Shown here piece after piece: positions 18,493-26,427 of a DNA stretch of 45,131 nt. The DNA lies in the NCBI GenBank assembly GCA_016840855.1, contig JAEORO010000217.1, forward strand, positions 1-45,131. Reading direction: 5' to 3'. Every line of letters starts with the position of its first letter. The stretch's first letter is position 1. The notes under the pieces were generated by a model, which was not told the DNA's origin, made no database searches, and was given only the letters and a program-made list of their open reading frames with translations. Source of the DNA: Candidatus Thorarchaeota archaeon. Its GTDB lineage: Archaea; Asgardarchaeota; Thorarchaeia; Thorarchaeales; Thorarchaeaceae. The translations under genes were made by a program, and so were the position numbers.

Positions 18493-19051
18493 GCTTGTCC
18501 TAGTAACACAAAATCAACACAAACTCAAGGAGCTTCGTCCTCTCTTCAAAAAATATGATGTAGATTTTGAAACCACCTCCATCGAGAAACATGAGATTCA
18601 GTCCGACAGCATCGAAGAGATTGCTCGAATAGCTGCGAAAACAGCTTTTGATACTCTTCAGCGACCAGTTGCGGTGGATGATACAGGTCTTTTCGTTGAT
18701 AGTCTCAATGGATTTCCCGGTCCATATGCTGCAATTGTACTCAAATCAATAGGGTATGAGGGAATTCTACAACTTATGAAAGGTAAGAAGGAACGTACAT
18801 CAAGGTTCATGACAGCTGTGGGATACTGTGATCAAAGGAACTTAGAATCCTTTGTAGGTTCAATGTCTGGAACTATTGCCTACGAACCTGCTGGACAAGA
18901 AGGTTTTGGATATGATCCAATCTTCGTACCTAATGGATTTTCGAATACTTATGCTGAATTGTCTCTCAATGAGAAGGTGAGTATTTCTCATAGAACCAGA
19001 GCGTTTGAAGAGTTCTTAAAATGGTACACTTCTTCACTTGGCAAGCCTTAA
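18479..19051 (+). CDS. rdgB: Non-canonical purine NTP pyrophosphatase (XTP/dITP diphosphatase, HAM1 family)
   Basis: TQNQHKLKE, DDTGL, GFPGPY, GFGYDPIF and SHR motifs. Confidence 0.93.
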   Translation: MSRDRLVLVTQNQHKLKELRPLFKKYDVDFETTSIEKHEIQSDSIEEIARIAAKTAFDTLQRPVAVDDTGLFVDSLNGFPGPYAAIVLKSIGYEGILQLMKGKKERTSRFMTAVGYCDQRNLESFVGSMSGTIAYEPAGQEGFGYDPIFVPNGFSNTYAELSLNEKVSISHRTRAFEEFLKWYTSSLGKP

Positions 19052-19079
19052 GACGGACGAAACTGTCCTCTATGGTTGA

Positions 19080-19838
19080 ATGATGATGTCAGTGAGCGAA
19101 GCAACTCTTAAGGCACTGAAGCAGCTTGGCCTTACGGAATACGAAACCCAAGCATATCTAGTACTTGTTGCTGGAGGACAGATGGGTGCTTCTGATGTTT
19201 CCACTAAATCCAAAGTCCCTTATTCAAGAATCTATGATGTGTTAGGGCGATTGGAAGAAAAGCAGTTTATCCAGGTTCGGAAAGGTAGACCTACTACATA
19301 CATTGCCAAAGCTCCAACAGAGGTCATGCGTCTTATTCGCCTTGATTGGGAGGAGCGACTCAAAGAATCCAGCAAAGTTGTAGTTGAAGAATTACAACCT
19401 TTATTCGAAAAGGAAACGAAGGCAACAGCGCGTGATGTTTGGGTTGTTCATGGTCGCGCTTCAATCCTTGCTAAAGCAATGGAGATGCTTGATAATGCCA
19501 AAGAAGAAGTTCTTCTCTCCCTTCCTTCTTTCGACCTCTCAGCTGAAGATGTGGACACGGTTGTTGAACGTGTTCTTCATGTCAAAGCCAAGGTACGAAT
19601 ACTGACCTCATCAATTACCGACGTTTTGAAAGAGATTATTCCCAAGAAGTTTGAAGTCAGAACACGAGACCGCGTCTTTGGAGCTGGCCTCGTAGTTGAT
19701 CACAAAGACACTTTGATTATGCTGGCTGGTGGAAACGAGAGTGATGAATTCCTCGGAATCTATTCTTCCCACGCTATCTTTGCAGCGATGAGTAGTAGTT
19801 ACTTTGAGTCTCTCTGGAATGATAGTAGACCACTTTGA
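19080..19838 (+). CDS. TrmB family transcriptional regulator/chromatin protein (TrmBL2-like)
   Basis: LGLTEYETQAY...VPYSRIYDVLGRLEEKQFI...GRP wHTH with a C-terminal PLD-like effector domain. Confidence 0.9.
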   Translation: MMMSVSEATLKALKQLGLTEYETQAYLVLVAGGQMGASDVSTKSKVPYSRIYDVLGRLEEKQFIQVRKGRPTTYIAKAPTEVMRLIRLDWEERLKESSKVVVEELQPLFEKETKATARDVWVVHGRASILAKAMEMLDNAKEEVLLSLPSFDLSAEDVDTVVERVLHVKAKVRILTSSITDVLKEIIPKKFEVRTRDRVFGAGLVVDHKDTLIMLAGGNESDEFLGIYSSHAIFAAMSSSYFESLWNDSRPL

Positions 19839-19915
19839 CGGCCTTTTATGCTCTCCTCAATACTTCTTAGCATAGGTATTACTCGCCTTTAGAACAGAGT
19901 CTGTGAGGGTTCATT

Positions 19916-21328
19916 GTGACTCAGCCAGAAATCAACACCCATAGTCAGGACGAAACGACAATGACTGAGGACCAAGGTCCAACTTTTGAAAGTAAACTCT
20001 CACCGAGTGCGACAGCGATATTACGGGTCGTTAAGACTTTTGAAGAAGGAGGGCAGCTACAGGTCTTTCAGACTGATGCAGAATTTGAATTGCTACACAC
20101 AATGGTCACGTCTTATAGAGGAAGTTTACATTCACTCTTAACACGAAGACTAGAAGAAGTAGTTAATCTCGGCGGTGTTTCTATCATCTCTCAAAGAGAT
20201 GTCATGAGTCTAATTGTTAATCTCTGGGAGGATAATATATCTCGTTTATCACGTACAGAACTTCCTTTTCTTGAAACCGCTATCAAGAATCCTGGAGCAC
20301 CATTGAATACTCTAGCCAAAAGCGCAGGGTTGAGCTATGCACAGACAAGGAGAGCTCAAAAAAGACTCAGTGAATCAGGTGTTCTAAGAACAGTCGGGAT
20401 GTTGAATACACATAAACTTGGACTTGAGCGTGTAATCATCATCTTCGAGTCTCCCTCCCTAGTTCTTTCAGGTCCCTATGTGCAGAAGACCCTCATGATT
20501 GATGGTTATTCTCCTTTGGTGCTTGTTGTTGCTACAATACCGCATCAAAAGAGATCAGAGCTTCTAGACACAATAAGGTCTTTCCGAGGGAGCACAGGTG
20601 GCGCATCTGTTTGGGCACTTTCTGATGGCAGACCTTTCTTCAGTGGCAGATATTTCAATCCTAACAATGGCTGGAATCTTGACCTTCTGCACTTTCGTCT
20701 AATGTTACGCAAGGGTGGCGATCCATTGTTACTCGCAGATGTAGCCACTCCCAGTCCACATATGCCTAATCGCTTCACCTACGCTGATGTTAAGATAATT
20801 GACGCTCTTGTTGGCGAATACAATAGCACAGGAAATGAGATAGTTAACACAACTGGATTGTCAGCTTCCACCGCATTCAGAAAACGGTCTCAGCTCATCA
20901 AGAACCGAGTAGTATTGCCAAGAGCGAGAGTGAACATTCCTCGTCTTAGTGACAGAGTAGTTTGCCTACTCAGTCCTGAATGCTCAGGCGACATCATCAC
21001 TGCATGGAATCATCTTCCAATCACCTATCAAAGTAGGATTCAAAATATTGAGGATCCTTCAGAAAAGAAGGTTTTACTTGTTTCAGCTTTGCCAGCTGGT
21101 TCTGGTCGAGATTTAATAGAGGTACTTGATGATGAAACTTCGAAAATTCATGACTACAGTGCTCATGTAGTAGCAGCTGGAACAGGGCAATCAACCAAAG
21201 TCGCTAATATGTATGATCGACAGAATGACAGCTGGAAATGGGATGTTTCGAAGTATTTTGATGCATTAACATATAGTGTGGTGCGAAGCGAAGCTTCTCC
21301 TTCTAATATCCCACTTGACTTGGCGTAG
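19916..21328 (+). CDS. Hypothetical regulator with two Lrp/AsnC-like wHTH units
   Basis: LAKSAGLSYAQTRRAQKRLSESGVL...KLGL and IVNTTGLSASTAFRKRSQLIKNRVV...RLS, each followed by an alpha/beta segment ending in W-x-L/W-D. Confidence 0.65.
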   Translation: MTQPEINTHSQDETTMTEDQGPTFESKLSPSATAILRVVKTFEEGGQLQVFQTDAEFELLHTMVTSYRGSLHSLLTRRLEEVVNLGGVSIISQRDVMSLIVNLWEDNISRLSRTELPFLETAIKNPGAPLNTLAKSAGLSYAQTRRAQKRLSESGVLRTVGMLNTHKLGLERVIIIFESPSLVLSGPYVQKTLMIDGYSPLVLVVATIPHQKRSELLDTIRSFRGSTGGASVWALSDGRPFFSGRYFNPNNGWNLDLLHFRLMLRKGGDPLLLADVATPSPHMPNRFTYADVKIIDALVGEYNSTGNEIVNTTGLSASTAFRKRSQLIKNRVVLPRARVNIPRLSDRVVCLLSPECSGDIITAWNHLPITYQSRIQNIEDPSEKKVLLVSALPAGSGRDLIEVLDDETSKIHDYSAHVVAAGTGQSTKVANMYDRQNDSWKWDVSKYFDALTYSVVRSEASPSNIPLDLA

Positions 21329-21396
21329 AACGTTCACTGATAGAACTTGTCGATACCCTAATCTTGTACGGTGACAATCGATATTTTGACTAACAC

Positions 21397-22341
21397 ATGA
21401 TTGAGATTGTCTTTCTGGGGTCTGGTGGATCAATTCCTACCGAAAAACGAAATCATCCAGCGATAGCTATTCGTTATGAGGGTTGGGTCCTCCTTTTTGA
21501 CGCTGGTGAAGATGTCCAGAGGCAATTTGAAAAAGCGCAGCTAGGCTTGAACAAGAAGATGGCCATCTTTGTATCCCATGTTCATGCAGATCATGTATTA
21601 GGTCTACCTGGCCTTTTGTTGAGATTCTCTCTTCTTGGCAGGATTAAACCATTGAGCATTTACGGTCCTGAAGAGCTAATTGAATATGTCAGAGTAAGCC
21701 AGTCTACGATTAACCTTGGGACAACCTTTGAAGCTGTTGTTCATGCAATTGGTCCTGGTGAAATCTTCAGCCAACAAGATTTGTCAGTCAGCGCGTTTGA
21801 AGTTGACCATCGAGGATTTGCGCTTGGGTATGAGATAAAATGGGCTCGCTCCACCGGGAAATTTCTACCCTCCAAAGCGGAGAAACTTGGTGTTCCCAAG
21901 GGTCCACTTTGGAAATTACTGGCATCTGGTGAATCAATTAAACTTGAAGATGGAACGGATATATCGCCTGCTGATGTGACTGAACCTGGTCCTGAGTCTT
22001 TGAAAATAATCTACTCTGGAGATAGTCGACCGTGTGACGAACTCAAGAAAGCAGCAAGGGACGCTAACATCCTAGTTTGCGAGGCAATGTACACATCCGA
22101 ACATTCTATCCTCGCTGAAGAAAGAGGCCACTCAACTGCGGCTGAGGCTGCGAATCTAGCAAAAGAAGCTGGTGTAAAATTGCTTGTGTTGACTCACTAT
22201 AGCCCCAGGTACTACGACGGAGAGGAAATTATTGGTGAAGCGCTGCCAAACTTTGCAAACTCGGTGCTGGCACGTGACCTTATGAGGATACAGCTTAGCA
22301 AGGATGGCTCAGTGGTTGTAATTCACCCGCCTGTTCAATGA
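21397..22341 (+). CDS. rnz: Ribonuclease Z
   Basis: FLGSGGSIPTEKRN, DAGE, SHVHADH, GVPKGP exosite, YSGDSRP, GHST and LTHYSPRY. Confidence 0.95.
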   Translation: MIEIVFLGSGGSIPTEKRNHPAIAIRYEGWVLLFDAGEDVQRQFEKAQLGLNKKMAIFVSHVHADHVLGLPGLLLRFSLLGRIKPLSIYGPEELIEYVRVSQSTINLGTTFEAVVHAIGPGEIFSQQDLSVSAFEVDHRGFALGYEIKWARSTGKFLPSKAEKLGVPKGPLWKLLASGESIKLEDGTDISPADVTEPGPESLKIIYSGDSRPCDELKKAARDANILVCEAMYTSEHSILAEERGHSTAAEAANLAKEAGVKLLVLTHYSPRYYDGEEIIGEALPNFANSVLARDLMRIQLSKDGSVVVIHPPVQ

Positions 22342-22342
22342 A

Positions 22343-23551
22343 TTATCTTTTGAATCCTAATCTAACTGATTTAAGCGGGTGCTTTGAGAGCATACGTTTA
22401 CCAATCCGAACCTTCATGTCTGAGAATGTTGCGACACGTGACACGATATCTGTCATATATTTCCTCATCACCAAATCCTCAGTGGCGATTTGAAAAAGAA
22501 GTTCTGTGTGCTTATCCGACTTGTGTAGAATTTCCGCAATCCATCGAGAGTCTTTGAGTTCTTTGCCAATCGACCTCTTAAGTTGGTCATCATATTTCGT
22601 TATATGCAGAGGTGATTTCATCTCAACTGCCTTGACAGCTACATCTGCCGCAAGTATGCCTGATTGGATTGCATAAGATACTCCCTCTCCAGTTAGCGGA
22701 GAAGCCAATCCTGCTGCATCTCCTATTATCATACTCCTTCGTGCAACAGAACGGTTCAGTCTGCCTCCAAGCGGAACTCTATATGACACCCTGTTTGAGG
22801 TATCAAGTTTTACTCCTTTCTCTTTTTCAACCAGCAATACGAGTTTCTCCCAACTTTGTTGAAGATTCTCTTGTTTATCCATTCTACAACCTATTCCGAT
22901 ACTAAACCCATCTTTTTTCGGAAAACACCAACCATATCCCCATGATACTAGGTTGAAGTACAACTCAATCGCTGGAAACCCGTCCGCTTCATCGGTAATC
23001 ATTAGTGACTCGACATCGCTTTGCTCCATTGGAACATCTGCAGAAATACATACTGCAATCTGTTCCGAACTCCACATTGAACGAATGCCAAGTTCTTTGG
23101 AGATGATGCCATTGACTCCATCTGCTCCCACTAAAAGATGCGATTTGTATGAATCTCCAACTGCTAGTGCTCTTACTCCTGAGCGGGTCTGTTCTAAGCC
23201 TACAATTTCAGTGTCCTGAATTACTTCGACGCCTGCATGCTCAGCCTTTTGAAGAAGTAGATAGTCAAACTTACTTCGGGTTACAAGATACCCTCTGAGG
23301 TCTTCATTGGTTAGCTTTACTTTATTTCCAGATGGTGTGTGTATCAAAGCAGCGTGGAAAGACCGTTCAACCACCGGCGAGATGTCCACGTCGAGGTTTC
23401 GAATCGTTTGCGGTCCGAGTGCGCCTCCACATGGCTTATCTCTAGGGTGATGTGCCTTTTCGAGAAGCACAACATCTAAACCTGATTCTGCTGCATGGCG
23501 TGCGCAGGTTGAGCCTGCTGGACCTCCACCAATGACAGTCAGGTCATACAA
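22343..23551 (-). CDS. Geranylgeranyl reductase family FAD-dependent oxidoreductase
   Basis: GGGPAG, RDKPCGG, GADG, YGWCFPK and GDAAGLASPLTGEG. Confidence 0.9.
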   Translation of the reverse strand: MYDLTVIGGGPAGSTCARHAAESGLDVVLLEKAHHPRDKPCGGALGPQTIRNLDVDISPVVERSFHAALIHTPSGNKVKLTNEDLRGYLVTRSKFDYLLLQKAEHAGVEVIQDTEIVGLEQTRSGVRALAVGDSYKSHLLVGADGVNGIISKELGIRSMWSSEQIAVCISADVPMEQSDVESLMITDEADGFPAIELYFNLVSWGYGWCFPKKDGFSIGIGCRMDKQENLQQSWEKLVLLVEKEKGVKLDTSNRVSYRVPLGGRLNRSVARRSMIIGDAAGLASPLTGEGVSYAIQSGILAADVAVKAVEMKSPLHITKYDDQLKRSIGKELKDSRWIAEILHKSDKHTELLFQIATEDLVMRKYMTDIVSRVATFSDMKVRIGKRMLSKHPLKSVRLGFKR

Positions 23552-23633
23552 CTTCAGTCACCCACTCCATTGTTTACTTATCGCAACATGGATAAATCTC
23601 CTTTCACGACATCTCTCTGGGTGTACTGTACAG

Positions 23634-24668
23634 ATGTCTGATGAAAACAATAAGGTCTGTCTTATCACAACAGGTGGAACAATCTCCAGCATCTATGACC
23701 CAAGTACTCACGCGTTGCGACCAGGTCTCTCTGTTGAAGAATTATTAAACCGATTACCAAAAGGGATGAGCAACATAGAAGTCATCCAAAGAGAGCTTTT
23801 CCAACTAGATTCAGCAAACGCACAACCACACCACTGGCAAGAAATTGCGAGTGCTATCAAAGACATTAATGAAGAGATACCCAATCTTCAAGGGATTGTT
23901 GTTACTCATGGAACTGATACAATGACCTATTCAGCTGCAGCTGTGAGTTATATGGTCCAAGATTTCGGTAGACCAATCGTGTTTACAGGAGCTCAGATTC
24001 CTGCATCTGTACCATGGAGTGATGGACCTAGAAACCTTCTGGATGCCATACGCGTTGCCGCCTTCGGGGACCTTGGTGAAACATGCATAGTGTTCAATGG
24101 TGAAATACATCGTGCTACGAGAGCCAAGAAAGTGCGAGTAAATTCATATGACGCCTTTGACTCAATGGATCCCTCCTCAATAGGCATTCTAGCTAGCGAC
24201 ATCATTCTATATGACAACCGGAAAAAGCGTGAACATGGTCTTGTGCCTAGATTTGATACACGTCTAGATGATCGTGTCTTTCTCTTGAAGGTATTTCCAG
24301 GATTTCCACCACAAGCCCTCGCTAGGATTGTAGACATGGGTTTCCATGGTATTATCATTGAAGGCTTTGGTTCAGGAAATGTACCTACTGATGAAAACGC
24401 TCTGACTGGTGGAATCCTTCAAGCCATTGATCAGGGCTGCTTTGTCGTTGTAAGTTCGCAATGCGCATTTGGGCAAGCGGACTTGTCAATATATGAAGTA
24501 GGCAGAGCTGCTCTTCAGGTTGGGGCTCTGAGTGCTTATGATATGACTTCCGAGGCGGCACTTGTGAAGCTTGCTTGGGTGCTAGGTCATACCCACGAAC
24601 CTGACAGAGTCAAGGAGATGATGAACATCAACTATGTTGGAGAGATGTCATATTCTAAACTCGCTTAA
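23634..24668 (+). CDS. ansA: Type I L-asparaginase family protein
   Basis: TTGGTI, LDSAN, THGTDTM, TGAQ, FGSGN, SQC and DMTSEAALVKL. No GatD N-terminal domain. Start ATG 23634. Confidence 0.85.
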   Translation: MSDENNKVCLITTGGTISSIYDPSTHALRPGLSVEELLNRLPKGMSNIEVIQRELFQLDSANAQPHHWQEIASAIKDINEEIPNLQGIVVTHGTDTMTYSAAAVSYMVQDFGRPIVFTGAQIPASVPWSDGPRNLLDAIRVAAFGDLGETCIVFNGEIHRATRAKKVRVNSYDAFDSMDPSSIGILASDIILYDNRKKREHGLVPRFDTRLDDRVFLLKVFPGFPPQALARIVDMGFHGIIIEGFGSGNVPTDENALTGGILQAIDQGCFVVVSSQCAFGQADLSIYEVGRAALQVGALSAYDMTSEAALVKLAWVLGHTHEPDRVKEMMNINYVGEMSYSKLA

Positions 24669-24789
24669 TAGATAGAATCTTAACTTTTGACTAAATGTAG
24701 GTGTTTTACCCTACTAGCCTTTTTCATCAAGTATATGCCCAGAATGGAACTTACATATTAAATTATGATGGGGCTTGGAGTGATATATC

Positions 24790-25698
24790 ATGAGCGCTAG
24801 TAGAATTCCACTATCAACAGAGTGTGTAGTATGCCTGACAAAAACAATAAGCAAAGTAGTTCCTATGTTGACTGATGTTTGGGAACAACAATCAGAATTA
24901 TACTCAATGGCTTTTCGTGCTCTCTCTGAAGGATTTGCTAACGATTTTGATGTGCCATCCACCATAATACCATTAATGATGGAACTCTATTCTGCCGTAG
25001 GAGCTAATGATCCATTCAATCTCATTAAACAGAAGAGCATCGACGCCACAATGAAAGCTTTGCCATTGGTTGAACAAAGTATCAACCGTTTTTCAGACTT
25101 TGAGAAATTCAGAACATCATTGTCTGCTGCAATTGCAGGAAATATAATCGATTATGCTCATGCTGGTGATGTTCCAGACTTGGAGAGTCTGGAGTGTGTA
25201 TTCGATTCGGTTCAGCGCGAGGGATTTGCCATAGACAATAGTAAAGAACTATGGCATCGATTAAAGTCATCAAGCGGAAAAGTTGTGATACTTGGTGATA
25301 ATGCTGGTGAAACGGTCTTTGACATTCCCCTTATTCGATTGATAAAGGAATTAAAATGGATGGTGGTATTTGTCGTCAAAGGATTACCATCAATAAATGA
25401 TGCTACTGAGAACGATGTCCTAGGCACAGGGATTGAAAATTTGGCAAAAATCTCCACTACTGGAGCTCGAGCGTATGGCACTCCGAAGAGATTTGTGAGT
25501 AAACAATTTCTTGATTTAATAGCAGGCTGTGATCTTATTATCTCTAAGGGGCAAGGTAATCTTGAAACTTTTCCAGAGATACAAAGAGAACTCAAAAAAG
25601 AGGCATACTATGTACTGAGAGTTAAATGTTCCAACATTGCTTCAATCCTTGGGTGCAAAAAGAACAATAACGTGGTTCTGCAACAGAAAAGTATGTGA
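24790..25698 (+). CDS. Damage-control phosphatase (ARMT1/DUF89 family)
   Basis: ECxxC, AGNIID, DNAGE, INDAT, SKGQGNLE and VKC motifs. Confidence 0.9.
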   Translation: MSASRIPLSTECVVCLTKTISKVVPMLTDVWEQQSELYSMAFRALSEGFANDFDVPSTIIPLMMELYSAVGANDPFNLIKQKSIDATMKALPLVEQSINRFSDFEKFRTSLSAAIAGNIIDYAHAGDVPDLESLECVFDSVQREGFAIDNSKELWHRLKSSSGKVVILGDNAGETVFDIPLIRLIKELKWMVVFVVKGLPSINDATENDVLGTGIENLAKISTTGARAYGTPKRFVSKQFLDLIAGCDLIISKGQGNLETFPEIQRELKKEAYYVLRVKCSNIASILGCKKNNNVVLQQKSM

Positions 25699-25830
25699 AA
25701 CCTTCGTGTTTGTATGATGAGGAAAGAGTTGAAGGTCTTTCCTGGACTACAAATACAGACGCTCGCTGAACTTGTGAACATGGGATGAGCTCTTGCTACA
25801 ACTAAGATTACCCAGACCCAATATCGTCAC

Positions 25831-25840
25831 CCTTAAATCT
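25831..25840 (+). promoter_or_regulatory. Putative TATA box for tRNA-Ser
   Basis: CCTTAAAT about 28-35 nt upstream of the mature tRNA 5' end. Confidence 0.35.
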
Positions 25841-25865
25841 ACACCTACTTTTCTGACCAAGTTGA

Positions 25866-25984
25866 GCCTGGGTAGCCAAGCGGCGACGGCGGCAGCCTGG
25901 AGCTGGCGGTTGTTAAACCACCTGCCGAACGGTTAGCTGCTCTCCCTTTGGGAGGCATGAGTTCAAATCTCATCCCAGGCGCCA
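25866..25984 (+). tRNA. tRNA-Ser(GGA) with a 32-nt intron at 37/38 (25903-25934) and encoded CCA
   Basis: Acceptor GCCTGGG/CCCAGGC, D arm GCC..GGC, anticodon stem GCAGC/GCTGC with CT-GGA-G|intron|A, long variable arm CTCCC-TTT-GGGAG, T arm ATGAG-TTCAAAT-CTCAT and discriminator G. Confidence 0.93.
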
Positions 25985-26051
25985 CCAAAATTCTTGCTGA
26001 GAACTATATGACTTTTAATTTAGTATAGGTGGGTATGTCTGGTGATTATAG

Positions 26052-26231
26052 TTGGTACTTAGACGAAATGGATTACTAATCCCTCTTGGTGGAATTTGCC
26101 TTGCTGTTGCACTTTTGATTGATAGGTTTGTGGGTAGTGGAACATTGGTGGACTTCTTCGTAGGCCTTTTCACAGGGCTCGCAATCGCTCTGAACCTTGT
26201 AGGGCTCTATAGATTAAGACAGCAGGCTTAA
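26052..26231 (+). CDS. Small two-TM membrane protein (59 aa), not in ORF track
   Basis: TTG start 5 nt after a GGTGAT SD. Translates as MVLRRNGLLIPLGGICLAVALLIDRFVGSGTLVDFFVGLFTGLAIALNLVGLYRLRQQA. Confidence 0.75.
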   Translation: MVLRRNGLLIPLGGICLAVALLIDRFVGSGTLVDFFVGLFTGLAIALNLVGLYRLRQQA

Positions 26232-26427
26232 GAAGTGTTTCAGATTACCACGATATCACCATAGTGATAATGCATGTGAAGTATCACTCAATATGGAATA
26301 CTTGATTCTCGTACACTCTTGTCAATGTCTCAAGCAGTACTGCCTCAGTTCTCATAAACGTTTGCGGTCGACGTGATACGGATTGTAGCCTGGTTTAGCT
26401 CAATACTGAAAAAATGGAAATAACTAT

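Noticed and set aside
23634-24668. GatD (Glu-tRNA(Gln) amidotransferase subunit D)
   Set aside because: It lacks the N-terminal GatD domain and no gatE is adjacent, so it is called asparaginase.
25696-25788. Selenocysteine readthrough extension of DUF89
   Set aside because: The TGA falls at the normal family C-terminus and the extension has no recognisable redox motif; only the RNA hairpin is kept as a finding.
26254-26269. Palindrome TATCAC-N4-GTGATA resembling the TrmB-family TGM operator
   Set aside because: The spacer is 4 nt rather than 5, it lies between convergent gene ends rather than at a promoter, and only one copy was noticed.
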